Positions 19,846 to 53,430 of a stretch of DNA of 64,000 bases are shown piece after piece (the first letter of the stretch is position 1; every line of letters begins with the position of its first letter). The DNA lies in the NCBI GenBank assembly GCA_002269645.1, contig NIVC01002740.1:1-64000 (forward strand). Direction: 5' to 3'. This DNA comes from Macrostomum lignano. Taxonomy: Eukaryota. The notes beneath the pieces are model-generated. The model did not search any database. It worked only from the letters and a program-made list of their open reading frames with translations, and had not been told where the DNA came from. A program made the position numbers and the translations under genes.

Positions 19846-20097
19846 TTAATTTGGGACTGTTGTGAATTTGTAACTCAGTACTTGCCCATACGGTAGCTCT
19901 CTCTCTCCCTCTGCCAACCCTCCCCACCCCTTCCATGCTAGCAACTTGTTGTGAGCTATTTTCATAAAGTACTTACTTAATTTTGGTGCCACTGCACTAG
20001 ACCTAATCAATTGATGAATTATTATTGTAGTTGTTTAGCCTTTGTCTGCGATTTTCTCACCCCTGATTATTATTATCCCTCCCCCTCCGTGCCCTCT

Positions 20098-20928
20098 TGT
20101 CACGTTATTGGCGTGGTGACTACAACCCTTAAAAGGGCCGTTTTGACGAGAATTGTCGCTAAGTCGTTGTAGTCCAAAAGTAATTGCGAAGTCAATTCTT
20201 GCGAAGCGGATTGTGTAGCGGAGCACTTGGCGTATAAAGGCAGGGGACTGCCGTAAGCTAATTTATTATCGTTATTAATATGATAATTGATTAATGTCAA
20301 TACAAAACTTATAGCGTTCTGGGGCACTGGCGGCTGCAACAATGGTTTTGAATGTAATTGGAGTTATGAAGTCAAGTAGTTGACGAAAGGTGCAGTGGCG
20401 ACGCAACGTGGTAAATGATGGCGGTGAGCACAGTGATGGCAGTGAGTAGCAAGTAGACAGGCAGACAAGTAGTGGCGAGATTGGGCGTTAGCCCGTGGCA
20501 GTACACGGTGGAGTAAGAGTGCGTAAACAGGCTGGCCGAGACAGAGGGGGCCGTGGCGAGAGATAAGGCGGCACGAGGCAGACAGGAGAGAGAAGGAAAA
20601 CAAGAGGCCACGAAGTGAGGAGGCCCCCAGCCCGCCGCCAGGCGGGGGGTTAATAAAGGAGCGCAGAAGGGTTAACATAATATATGCGGAGAGTTATCAT
20701 TGGCTGGCGAGGGAAAAACAAGAAACAGAAATTATCGATCGCGCGAGATTCTACAGACGTACGCAAAGCTTACAAAGTACGCAATGATTTAGCAATTGGT
20801 ACAGATTAGTTGCGCGCTACTACAAGTAAACGTGAGAATACACAATTGGAAATTTTAAATGAGAAATTGTAAGGGAAATTGTAGTCCAACGGCCCTTTTG
20901 CGGGACCACTCTAAACAGCAACGTCACA
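20098..20928 (-). mobile_element. Solo LTR, Gypsy/Ty3-type (copy 1)
   Basis: Termini TGTCACGTT...AACGTCACA, 4-bp TSD CTCT (20094-20097 and 20929-20932), homologous along its length to 59935-60730. Strand is inferred from AATAAA on the minus strand. Confidence 0.85.
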
Positions 20929-22264
20929 CTCTCATTGGCTATCGCTGTTATCTGCAATTCATGTTTTCTACCCCCAGTCGCGTTCTGTGTGGCTGCAGCC
21001 AATCCCCGCTCGCTCTCTCTGCCCACCCCGCCTTTTCTCTTACCCTGCAGCTTTTGCCCCACCCCATGTTGTACTGACATATTTATTGGTGTGCGCTCCT
21101 GTCTCCTCCCCCTCGCTGACCCTTTTGATCGTTTCTCCTCTGGCTCCTTCGCCGCTCCGACCATAACCAATAAAAACAATATACAATCGTGCTAGCAATC
21201 GTATTCAACATAGACGCTTTGAGCACCGAGTGAGCAACCTACGCCCCAGTAAGTATCGTTCTGCTTTTGTTATTTGGGCTCTAGCTCCATTAGGTCATCG
21301 TCACCAGGGCCTGTGCGTTCGCTGCGACCCTGGTTGCCGGGCTTCTGCCTGCGCGTTTGTGCGACAGTGGGTTGGCAAGCAGCAGGACTGGGCTGAGTCT
21401 CCCTGCTCGTACAGAGCGCGAGACGAAGCTGGCTGGTCCGTCTCGGGACACAACAGCGGACTAAATCGGAATCTCGGCTTGGCTCTGCTCGTGCAATTAA
21501 CGGCCTTGAGAGCCAACCCCCCACCAGCACAGTGAAGTGTACATGCCTAACGATAAATAAAGTTAGGGCCGCTGTACACTCCTGTGTGAGTGTGTGCCTG
21601 TGCGTATGACTGCGTACGTATCCGCGCGCTTGTGTGCCTGCTCAGGGGAGTCGGCGGAATGGGCAGCAATGCCTCTCGCCGGTTGTAACAATGCGCCTAA
21701 GTATAAAATAAATACATAAATCGTCAAAGTCATCGTAGTCGTATCATCATAATCAACATTATTATCATAATCATAGTATCATAGTATCATATAGTATCTA
21801 CACAATCATAATTACCATAGCTAATTAATTATGATGTTAATCACTTTGCCATCATGCCAATTCAATTCGAACAAATTTGAATTTAAAGTTCTTTCTTACA
21901 AATCAAAGCTATGAGAAAGTTATTCTAGAGGAGGAGCCCCGCGCGTCAACCCCCCCCTCCCCGACAAATCCTCAAGTAATAGCCAGCCGGCCTCTTCAAC
22001 GTGTCTGTCAGTGGGCAGTAATCCCATAGTTAATTCGGTCACGTTCTTTATAAATTCCTATCTCTACAGTACATTTAACATGGCATCTGCATGCATGGGC
22101 CCTTTCAGACAAGGTCAACAGTAAATCCGATTAACTCCTTTTTCTCTAATAAATTTGTTTTAATCTCGTGTGCGTCTGGACGGCGGCGACTGAAGCTGCG
22201 GGACAAATCCGGCTTTGGTGCCACAAGGCTTCAGATCACCGGTTTGTAGTAGTAGCAGTAGTAG

Positions 22265-23047
22265 TGTAGTCGTTGTCATAGTCACAGTCATAGTCACAGT
22301 CATAGCTAGTCAGAGTAAGTCATACTCATATTCAAAAGTCATAGTCATAGTCATAATTATATTCATAGTCATATTCAGTCATAGTCATAGTAATAAATAT
22401 AATCATATTCATAGTCATAGCCATAGCCAGTCATAGTCACAGTCATAATCATGGTCATAGTCATAGTCATAGTCATAGTCAGTCATAATCAGTCATAGTC
22501 ATATAGTCATAGTCAGTCATAGTCATAGTCATATAGTCATAGTCAGTCATAGTCAAAGTCATAGTCATAGTCAGTCATAGTCAGTCATAGTCACATAGTC
22601 AAAGTCATAGTCAGTCATAGTCATATAGTCATAGTCAGTCATAGTCATAGTCATATAGTCATAGTCAAAGTCATAGTCATAGTCATAGTCATAGTCATAG
22701 TCATAGTCATAGTCATAGTCAGAGTCATAGTCATAGTCAGAGTCAGAGTCAGAGTCAGAGTCATAGTCATAGTCATAGTCATAGTCATAGTCATAGTCAT
22801 AGTCATAGTCATAGTCATAGTCAGAGTCATAGTCATAGTCATAGTCATAGTCATAGTCAGAGTCATAGTCATAGTCATAGTCATAGTCATAGTCATAGTC
22901 ATAGTCATAGTCATAGTCATAGTCATAGTCAGTCATAGTCAAAGTCATAGTCATAGTCATAGTCATAGTCATAGTCATAGTCAGAGTCATAGCCATAGTC
23001 ATAGTCAGAGTCATAGTCATAGTCATAGTCATAGTCAGAGTCATATA
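22265..23047 (+). repeat. (GTCATA)n hexamer microsatellite
   Basis: Direct reading. Confidence 0.96.
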
Positions 23048-23142
23048 GTCGCAGTTGATGTCACGATCGATTGTCTTTCATCATTTTAGAGAATCCAGAG
23101 CCGCATTGACACCTGCAACGGCCGTAAGTTTTTTGTCGCCAG

Positions 23143-24190
23143 CTGACGAGCAGCTGCAGATCGTCAACAAGATCCCGCGTCTGATTCATTTCACCGCTCG
23201 AAGTGAGCACCTGCGCCTCGAGTATCGACAGCTTTGCTGCGGCGCTGGTTGTCGACGCATCCGTCGATGTCGTTCTGGCTGTGGCGCAACGAAGACGCCG
23301 CCTGCCTGACGCGGCTGCTCTACTGGCCCGGCAGTCGGCTGGCTACCGCCTTGCAGACCGCGCAGACGTCGCTGGAACGCTCCGACCTTGTTCGGGTTCT
23401 GGCACTGCGCAGCTTCGGCGGCCTTTACCTGGACCTGGACACCGAGCCGGTTCGAAACTTGGAGCATCTGTTCGATGAGCCGATCGCTGGTGCCATGCTA
23501 GCCGCTGAGCCGCTTGAGCACGCTAAACTGCTGTTCGGCCGCAACTCGCTGGTGTCCAACGCCGTCATGTTCAGCACGCCCGGTCATCCGTTTTTTGACG
23601 CCTACGTGCACGCGATTGCCGATAGTCTACTGGCGGAAACCGAGAAGACTGCGGCTATGAGAAGGGCTGGCAGACCATCTATCATGTATTTCAATCCGCT
23701 TCGCCACCGGCGTTTTCGATCGATAATTGCAGGACGAGGACGGATACATCGAAAAAATTCGGATGCCCCAGAGGTGACTGGACCGCTTCTAATGCAGCGA
23801 GTATTGAATCGATATCAACAAAGAAGTGGTCAGCTTTGCAGCAAAAACTTTACTTGTAAAGTTCATTTGTTTGAGCCAGATGTTTTTAGTCCTCGCTTTG
23901 ACATTGTTCAGACGGGAACTTTTCAAAGTGCTTGCTTGAAAAGCATGAGCATGCGGAACCCGATTGACAGCACGTTGAAAGCAATTTGTGAAGCACTGGC
24001 CGGGCGAAATTATCAGCAATCACTTCTCAAAAACTCAACTCTTGCCATTCATCAGTTTCGTCACATAACCTCCGGTAGTTTCGCGACCCGACAACGGAAT
24101 GTCTCTAGCTTGTATCAATGCCAGGAAAGAATTTCCTCAATTGAATTTTTTTGGAGAAAAGTGTTGATAATAAGTTACTTCCTAAGGTAA
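23143..24190 (+). CDS. Glycosyltransferase family 32 (DXD sugar-binding; SUR1/OCH1-like) with an apparent 1-nt frameshift near 23226-23233; 5' exon unresolved
   Basis: KIPRLIHFT (IPKIIHQTW-like) lies in one frame. RRWLSTHPSMSFWLW.NED, RSDLVRVLAL..FGGLYLDLD, AAEP, SNAVM.S.PGHPFF and VTGP lie in the next frame (ORF 23234-24190). Acceptor AG at 23141-23142. Confidence 0.8.
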
Positions 24191-24726
24191 TAACAACATA
24201 TAAATATAGCTAGATAATCAGCCATTTGATATTTTCTATATTTTCAAAAGTGAAAACACCACTAACTATTATATATTTTGAGCAATGAGAAGAAAACTCT
24301 CATTTGACCATTGATCCACACCTGTCCAATTTTATATTAGTAATCATGGCCGTGTAGAATTTTGTTGAAAATAAATAACAAGTAATACTGCATGAAGTTT
24401 TTGAAGTATGGTAAAACATTATTAAGCGGAGTAGCGGACTATTCTAAATACGCAATCCATAAAATTGCCAAAGCTGAAAGCAGAAAGATTAACGATAAAT
24501 AACGACAGTTTCCGCAGACTGTTTTCGCGTTCATTTTGACCAATTTGCACGCAATTCTAAAATTTTGGCGCGAAATCAAACTAAGAAGCGTGAAGGCACA
24601 AGCAAGCAAGATTTTCATTTTTAGTATATAGGATCTTTGAGAAAATAAGCGAGTATAAATACACCCAGACTTAGAGGAAGCTCAGTTTTTAACATATAAT
24701 ATTTTACTTTACCACTCTTAATAAAA

Positions 24727-38005
<13,279 letters not shown>

Positions 38006-38237
38006 TGCAGTAGCGCTTATCGGTTGCAGCTTCGGTTTTGTGCACAATAGCTTGGCAACCTAGAGGAATGGAACTTCTACATTAATTCAGCGGCTTTGCA
38101 AATCCAATTTAACTAGTTAAACTCGTGCAAACTTAATCCCCATTTTTTCACTGCATACTTGCTCCACCAGTGTTAACTTGTACACGCAAGTTCGTACATT
38201 TCCTTGCCATTTCTTCTGTGTATGCAGTACTCCTTGT

Positions 38238-38655
38238 CAGTCCTACCCTCCTCAGTGTACACACACCCAGCCAGCCCTAACCCCTCAGTGTACACACACC
38301 CAGCCAGCCCTAACCCCTCTCAGTGTACACACACCCAGCCACCCCTAACCCCTCAGTGTACACAGACCCAGCCAGCCCTAACCCCTCAGTGTACACACAC
38401 CCAGCCAGCCCTAACCCCTCTCAGTGTACACACACCCAGCCACCCCTAACCCCTCAGTGTACACAGACCCAGCCAGCCCTAACCCCTCAGTGTACACACC
38501 CCCAGCGAGCTCTACCCCCTCTCAGTGTACACACATCCAGCGAACCCTGCCCCCTCAGTGTACACACACCCAGCCAGCCCTAACCCCTCAGTACACACAC
38601 CCAGCCACCCCTAACCCCTCAATGTACACAGACCCAGCCAGCCCTAACCCCTCAG
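38238..38655 (+). repeat. ~33-bp minisatellite (CTCAGTGTACACACACCCAGCCAGCCCTAACCC)
   Basis: Tandem units read directly. Confidence 0.93.
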
Positions 38656-39837
38656 AGTACTCAGTCAAAACCCATGCCCCAAGTGTGCTTAGAAAGTGAT
38701 ATTAATTAAATGAATTCTTGTTAATCTTGATTGAAGTCGTATTAAAACAAAATATGGCTTTGTCTGGACCAACTTTAGTCAATCCAAGCAGTTTTTGAAC
38801 GCTGATGTAGTGCTTGCGCATTTCTATGCAATTTACTTAAGCTACTATGAGCTATAAAATATTATTTTTCTTCTGCCACCTATGCATGATAAGGGGCCCG
38901 CTCAAGGCTATTTCTGTTCGGAAGCTGTTTGAACATAAAAATTAACGAGAATGCTGATTTGGGTTATACAGCGTAAAGTACGAAGCAATAAAAGTGCCTT
39001 AATTTGTTTTAGTCTGTCCGCTTTAACCGCTAATAAGCTGCATGCTTAGGTTTTGTGTGCATAGAGATTTCGTCTCAGTTTGATTATGCAATAATAATCT
39101 ATTTTCACAACCGTTTCGGTCATTCAGTTTTAAGTTAACGCTGCAGAAGAATCGATGAACGAAACACTTCAGTTCGAGGAGTATTAGTAGGCCTTTCATT
39201 AGTCCTGTTCTTCTATATACTTTTAATAAGATTATTGTTTTTTATGTTAAACCACGATCGCCATACGCTTGTGTTTACTAGAAATGTTGTGCATATTTTT
39301 TTAAATTACTGGTAAATTCCCTTTTCAGTTGTCCTTTGTTTGTAATTACGGCTCGTATCGTCCTAATATTTTCGAATCTCACTTGTTTTTTCGCTGTCAT
39401 TAACTGATTGAAAACGAGTAGATTTGGCTGTCTACATGTATTTTGCTAACTGGAAAATTACTGCGATTGCTGCATGAGTTGCAGGCTCCATGCCATTCCG
39501 ACCTCAATTAATTTTTATTTGTTTTGATGCGTGTTACATTTACTGTATATTTGAAATTCGCTGAGGATACGTCCATATTTAGTTTGTCATTTTGATTGTT
39601 TTGCATGCTTAAATGTATTGCTATCTACAATATAATAAAATAAGAGCTCATCTATGCTTCAGATTGAATGGTCGTGTAGGACTCAACTTGATTATCAAAA
39701 CTAAACTGCAGAAGTCTCATTCGTCCTCGCTCGTGATAACTTCAGTAGAGGGTTGCTTTATTGTACGTACTGTACAATTATGCACATGATATTAGATAAA
39801 ATTTGCATGACGAATTTAAGGGAATTTCGCTACTTTT

Positions 39838-40135
39838 CAGCGGTCAGAGCGTCGGACTCACGACTCGAAGGTTGGGGGTTCGATTCCCGATCCCACTGGA
39901 ACAATTTGTGTCCTTGAGCAAGACACTCTGCGATGCTTCAGTTCACCCAGCTATAAAATGGGTGCCAGCATTAGCTGGGGTAATTGAGGCTGTGTGTGGC
40001 GACCCCCCAGCCCTTGGACTGAACAGCCGTACGCAGCCTTCAGATGCGCCGCGCAATAGCTGCAGCTGAGCTGTCGGTTGCACATCTGGCCCAATTGGGG
40101 CAGGTGTAATAAATTATTATTATTATTATTATTAT
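39838..40135 (+). mobile_element. tRNA-derived CORE-type (MIR-like) SINE, copy A, with (TTA)n tail
   Basis: B box GGTTCGATTCCC; GTGTCCTTGAGCAAGACACT...CTTCAGTTCACCCAG..TAAAATGGG resembles the MIR CORE domain; second copy at 60960-61233 in the opposite orientation. Confidence 0.8.
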
Positions 40136-40439
40136 ACAAAGAAACGTGTAAGTCGCCGGGTAAAATAAATTTTCATCTACATGTGCATATGCACACCTTC
40201 AATGACGTTTGGTTGCATTATTGCGTATACTAGCTGTACTCGTACATGTAATTCGATTGGATATAAAAATACACTAGCTACTACATGCAATTGTATACAA
40301 TGTGCATATCATTACATGTACAAAGTTAGGTGTTCAGAAGGACAGGGCGCGGCGCAGCTTAGGGCGCCAGCTTTGGTGCTGCAGTGTCGTGCTCTCGCGC
40401 AGTGTCGCGCTCTCGCGCTCTCTACCAACCTCTCGCGTA

Positions 40440-47440
<7,001 letters not shown>

Positions 47441-47479
47441 AGTCACCGCACCCTCTTCCGATGCAAAATTGCAAAGTTT

Positions 47480-48413
47480 TAAAATGTTACAATATTCCGG
47501 AATCCATTCGTTACGAAATGAGTAATATTGTAACGACGGAATATTTCTCTTCTAAGAAATGGTCGACGACCTAAACTTTGTAGCCTACTCACGCAGAAAA
47601 AGCGGCTTTCGCACTCCTCCGTTCCTCCGCTTTGCGCTGGAGAAAGGCCTCGAGCGAGCAATGCTACGGGCCTTCTTCTTTAGGTCCGAGGTGTCCTGAG
47701 CTACCTGATGCTCACAGGTGCACTACCGGGTATAGCCGGTACCCATGCAAGAGAACGGCTAAGACAGAAGCCAAGGCCACGGATGCGTTGCCGCCGCCGG
47801 AGCCGGCCAGTCAGTCCAGCTAGCAGCCCTAGAGCTCCCTTGAACACATGCGGGACGTGAAACTCTAGGTCGGCTTGTGAGTCAACTTGAAGAGAGTTCT
47901 CCTGCAATTCCTGCAATACATGTAGAGGCCGGTGTGTAGGACCGCAGATCTTAGCTCGTAAGCCTGATCTGTCTCATGCTACACAGGCGTGCTGAGCCCC
48001 ACGATTGCATGCTGCATGACTATACACTGGCGCGAAAACTTTTGCACTAGCCCAGCTTGGGTTTTGACCAGGACTGCTGCATTTTGCTGTGGCTGGTGTA
48101 GTTGTTTTTGCTGGTTGTTTAACTGTACTTTCTGTACAGTGAAGTCAAAAAATAAAATCCGATAAACTGTGAAACTTCGAAGGCCCAATACATATTCTGT
48201 GACGTCGTAGATAAATTTAAAGGCTTTAAGTCAATTTTTCTCAGCAGAATTAGAAATGTAGAATGTATAAAATGTATAAAAAAACGCAAAATTCTAAAAT
48301 GTTACAATATTCCGGAATATATTCGTTACGAAATGAGTAATATTGTAACGACGGAATATTTCTCTTCTAAGAAATGGTCGACGACCTAAACTTTGTAGCC
48401 TACCTACTCACGC
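47480..48413. repeat. Pair of ~115-bp direct repeats (47480-47594 and 48295-48413), each with an internal inverted repeat
   Basis: Near-identical sequence; GTTACAATATT (47486-47496) and AATATTGTAAC (47524-47534) are reverse complements. Confidence 0.9.
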
Positions 48414-48506
48414 TGACAGGCAACCAGGCATAACTTCCATATACTTCCAAATATCTGTTCAGAAAAGCATTTTAAGCAACTTTAATAGATCATTTAAGCT
48501 ATCAAA

Positions 48507-51500
48507 ATGCCTATCAACGATCCTCTTTACACACCCTTCTTTGGTGTCATGGGAGCATCTGCAGCCATGGTTTTTTGTGGTAAGTTACTGGCAGTGGCAT
48601 TTGTTATAGCCATAGGCCTAGGCTATAGAGGGCTAGACATGTTAAGAGGCCCTATTAGGCCTAGGCCTAGTACCATTAGGCCTATGAATGAGTAAAGTGC
48701 ATTAGAGTAAGTATATGAATTATTTTTATTTACTAATTCATTAAGTATTTTGTATTGTTCATTGACATTAGGCCTAGGGCTAGGCCTTAGGCCCCTATAA
48801 AATTATGGCCTATCTAATCTAGACAACCTAGCCCTAGCCCCTAGGCCCTACCTACTACTACTAGATAAAATCTAAATAAATCTAGATTATCTAGAACTAG
48901 GATCTAGATACAATAACTAAATGATAAATATGGACCTTGGGACAAAAATTAGGACGTCACCAATACAAGGTATCAAGGTAGCCAGGGTCCTGTGTAGTAG
49001 TGTGTGCCAGAACAAGAATCCTATCTTTGGACTTAGCTAAATGTATGCCAATGTATGCCAAAAACATAAAATTTTCCCTAAAATGCCAGGATGGAATCTT
49101 TGTTGCTTGCATGACAAGTTTGTTTTTTTGCGCAAGTTTTTTTACCTGTGAATGTGCAATTTTTTGTCACTTAAATTTCTTAGCAACTTTTTTACAATGT
49201 TTAATTAAAGTTTAAATAGGCCTAAATCTTTAAAAATAAATAATATTATTCTTTTTTAGTTTATTATATAGGCCTAGTTCCCAGTAGCTTTGTTTTAAAT
49301 TTGCAATAACTAGTTTTACTATAACAAGTGCAATATTCAAAATTTTAATGAAATTATGCAAGATTTCTTAGAATATTAAGCTGCGCACACATAAGCTTTT
49401 TAAAATTGCACAAGTTTGCTAGAAATATATGCGCAAGTGCACAAGTTTTTGTTAGCGCGCATGGAATACATTCAGGATTTTGCACAAAAATTCTATCCTG
49501 GCTAAAATGTATGCCAAGTCTAAGTAGGGGTCAGACAATATTGAATTTTCGAGATTGGCCTCTTTAAGATGTTCAAGATTCAATCAAGATTCGAGACATA
49601 TAGTGGAACAACAAAAATATTTAATATGTGAAATAAAGTAAATCCTCTAAATCCGCTACTGGCGGTAGGTCCATTAGACAAGCTCCTGGGATCCTAAGAA
49701 CCGTCTCCGAAGGCACAGAATTCAAAATGTTAAATAAAATTTTGCCAACCCAGTAAAACAAAGCATTGCTAACCATCATTAGCAAACAAAAATACTCATT
49801 GAAATAACCAGATTACACATTAAATATTCTCATGCGGATACGAGGTACCTAACTGATAAACTAGCGAGACAAAAAAAACCATCAATGTCACATATTGAGT
49901 GTTGATCTTGGACGTCAACTTCAAGTAGCCAATGAATTGCTGGAACATTAATTGTTTGAAGCAGAAATGCATTACATTACAAATAAATTGAAAATAGTAA
50001 ATATATTGTTCAAAACAGCACGCATTCTCTAATGCAAGCCATGACCATTGGCATCTGTATGCCAGCTATATATAAACTATACATTCTTTGTAACATGCAA
50101 AATTTAAACAAAATATTGACATTGACACCAACAGGCTCTATGATATGATGCTGCATGCTTCTTATAGATTGAAATGTTTTTTCGAACATTTAATTTTTAT
50201 CTCAAATCTCAACATTTTTTTCGAGATTGTGAAGTCGAGATTGAGATTTGAGAAAACTCCAAGATCTTAGATCTCGAGATCAAGATCAAGATCTCGTCCG
50301 ACCCCTAAGTCTAAGTTATAGGGAATCAGTGCATTAGCTGATTAGGATAGGGATAGAAAGTTTTTTGGTCTTTGGTATTTTGGGACATGTGTTATTATCT
50401 TAATTACAGCACTAGCCTAGGAAAAAATCTTTGCATGACAATTTTGGAATAGGCCTAAAAAGTTATATAAGGTTTTTGCATAAGATTTTGGTACTTTTTT
50501 TCATAGATCTTAGCCTTGTCTAAAAGTCTTAAATCTTATTTTATAATAATTATAATATGTCTATAAAATAGTTTTTGACTTACATAAAGAAAATGGAAAA
50601 GTACAATTTGTCTTCAAAGGCCCTAGCTTAGGATAGACAAATGTTTTGGCTCTTCTTAGGATAGAAAATTGAGAATCATTCAAATGAAATTAACTTATTT
50701 TTGTTTATGTTTCAAATACATAGAATTATTTTTTAGTCAAACTATATACAATAGTAAAGATGATGCCATGTCTAATAAGAAAAAACTACTGTTTATGCCA
50801 AGAGATGGGTTACCTAATCTAGATTTCAGTATATAAATATAGGTAGATAGTAATAGACATATTAGACAGTAGTAAAAGCATTAGTAGCTAATATCTTAAA
50901 TAGAATAATAGGCTTAGCATATATGCATATTGGAAAATATAAAAATGGATTTTTTACTAATTGTTTATAAAGTATACTTGAAATCTGCAATGGACATTAT
51001 CCATTTGATTGAAATTTGCAATTGAAGTTTCAATACTTAGGGCTTATTTTATAAATGTATTAGTGTCAAATAAAAACTGACATAAGAAAGTACAATTGAC
51101 AATAAAATGCTTTTGTTTATAAAGATATTGTCTATATAGCAGATATTAATGCAAGCTTTGAATTGTATATGATTGATTTTAAATGAAAAATATATATCAA
51201 ATCAAAGTACAAGTGCTAGCAAACAGGTTTAGCAATAGATTGTTGGAACTATATTCTTTCAAAAAAAAAAGTATACAAACTGAGATGCTATAAGCTCATT
51301 CCAAGATCGATTATTCTGGTAAGAATTTCTTATGTAAAATTGATTTTGATTTAAACAAATTATTTAAAAAATCTTGAACTTGGATATCCTCACAACATGC
51401 ATTCTTTGGCAGCCTCAACAATATTGCATTTGCAGTCAGCTTTCTATCTTCCAATGATGCATTCACAATCAGCCAATTGATATTATCTCTCCATGGTAGC

Positions 51501-53153
51501 TTGTGGCTTGCTAGATCTGATGCAACTGTTAAATCTGTCTCCCTCCTTCCATCTTACAGAGTTCTGTTCACTGTTGATAGTTAAAGCTGATGCTTACAGT
51601 GAACAATTTAATGCACACCATGCCTTCTTTAACATTTTCCTGTCTTTTTTCATTAGATTTTTACAAGACTTCATTATGATCAAAATCATTAAGTGATAGC
51701 ATATTAGCTTAAAATAAAAAGCTATTATGCTAATGGCTCATTCCATATAAGCATGGTCGTAACATGACAGGTTATTTTTACTTATAAAATGAAATCTAAT
51801 AATAGAATATACTAAACCAATATTTTAAATGAAAGATTATTTTGTCTAGAATATATTTATAGAGTTTCATATAGATATCATCATTAGTATAGATGCTATT
51901 AAACCTTAAATGACACTTATGGTCGTAACAACAGGATTTTTGACATATAGAAACTAAAAGGTAAAAGTCTTATAACATTTTTCATTTTTGATATTTTGCA
52001 ATACATTTTTAAAATTTGACTAAGAACATCTTTAGAAATCATACTCTTTTATTAGAATATATAAACTCAAAAGGCAACAAAAATACAAAAGAAAAGGCAG
52101 CCTTATGGTCGTAACATTATGGTCGTAACATATTTTTTTCTGTCAATTCAGTAACTTTGAGGTACCAATACATTAAAAATATAATAGATTATTTGGTCAC
52201 CTGATGCTTTTATCTGATGATGCAAGTACTATACTTTTATCTATAGTTTGTTTCAACCTTCAAAAGCTTTCTATTTGTTTTTAAAAGGTACAAAATCTTA
52301 ATGATGTCTTTTGCTTCGAAAAATGTCCAAATTTTTACAAAAATGACTTTTTGCCAATTGATAACATACTAATCCAACATTTTACCATTCCTTTATTCTT
52401 AGATTGTATGTATTGCACAATATAAACATTTGGTAAAAAAATAGGCTAATTAGGCAATGGCAAGCAAAAATATTGACTTTTTTCTATTTTCCAAATATGT
52501 CCATCTTATATGGAATGAGCCTAATTGTATATTTGTAGATTGAGTTTTTGAAATGTATAGAACAAAATAACTAATACATTAGAATTCATTTTGAATTTTA
52601 CAATATATGCATTATTGTCTTACATTCTATTATATCCATCTAAAATATTTTCCTGAACAAAACTACTAATAGTAGCCTAAAAGTAAAACTGTAATAACAA
52701 GATTTCATCCTAAAGAAATGAGCATTAACTCGATTCCACCCCTTCATCCTGTTAACACACATGCCAGCCCTGGGCGCGGCCTACGGCACAGCCAAATCCG
52801 GCACCGGCATCGCCAACATGGCAGTGCTCAGGCCCGAGCTCATCATGAAGTCCGTAGTGCCAGTAGTCATGGCCGGTATTATTGCCATCTATGGCTTAGT
52901 AGTTGCCGTGCTTATCTCGCAGAACATGACGCCAGATTACACAGTTGAGAAGTCGCTGCGTCATCTTGGCGCCGGCCTGGCTGTCGGCCTCAGCGGCCTG
53001 GCTTCTGGCTACGCCATCGGCATTGTTGGCGACGCCGGCGTGCGCGGCACCGCCCAGCAGCCGCGTCTGTTTGTTGGCATGATCCTCATCCTGATCTTCG
53101 CCGAAGTGCTGGGCCTGTATGGCTTCATTGTGGCCCTGATCTTGTCCGTGTGA
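48507..53153 (+). CDS. ATP6V0C: V-type H+-ATPase 16 kDa proteolipid subunit c; exons 48507-48579 and 52768-53153 (152 aa)
   Basis: [24 protein letters not shown] joined to [16 protein letters not shown]...PELIMKS...[32 protein letters not shown] through a phase-1 GT-AG intron. Confidence 0.97.
49086..49501. mobile_element. Non-autonomous DNA transposon (hAT-type MITE)
   Basis: TIR CCAGGATGGAATCTTTGT / ACAAAAATTCTATCCTGG; 8-bp TSD CTAAAATG (49078-49085 and 49502-49509). Confidence 0.8.
49525..50307. mobile_element. Non-autonomous DNA transposon (hAT-type MITE)
   Basis: TIR TAGGGGTCAGAC / GTCCGACCCCTA; 8-bp TSD AGTCTAAG (49517-49524 and 50308-50315); subterminal TCGAGATT/CAAGAT repeats. Confidence 0.85.
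51735..52521. mobile_element. Non-autonomous DNA transposon with 4-bp TSD (superfamily uncertain)
   Basis: Perfect 17-bp TIR GGCTCATTCCATATAAG / CTTATATGGAATGAGCC; TSD TAAT (51731-51734 and 52522-52525); internal ATGGTCGTAACA motif repeated four times. Confidence 0.85.
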
Positions 53154-53250
53154 ATTGGTCGAATTCGTATGGAGTTGCTTATCTGAGCAGGTTGTTTCTG
53201 TTTGGGTGTATTTATTTTATTGTTTCTCAAAATTTGTATCCTGAATCATA

Positions 53251-53430
53251 CATGCGCGAAACCCGGCTGATTCGCCGAGTACTAACTAGATGCCGATGCA
53301 TTAAGCCTTAATAATACAGTCATAGTTACTCCCACCGTTTACCCAAAACCGTAATAATTTTTTGAAGGTTTTTTTATAGGTAAGTCGCATTTCATAAATA
53401 GGCTGGTGTAAATCAGAGGGGTTGCGCATG
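53251..53430. mobile_element. Possible small Tc1/mariner-like MITE in the ATP6V0C 3' region
   Basis: Imperfect TIR CATGCGCGAAACCCGGCTGATT / AATCAGAGGGGTTGCGCATG flanked by TA on both sides. Confidence 0.45.

Noticed and set aside
20929-21690. Possible second LTR hosting or adjoining solo LTR 1 (AATAAA motifs, ...GTAACA end)
   Set aside because: No matching TG start with a consistent TSD could be found.
22180-22240. Candidate upstream exon for the GT32 gene (phase-1 donor G|GTTTGT)
   Set aside because: No convincing acceptor, start codon or signal anchor; too speculative.
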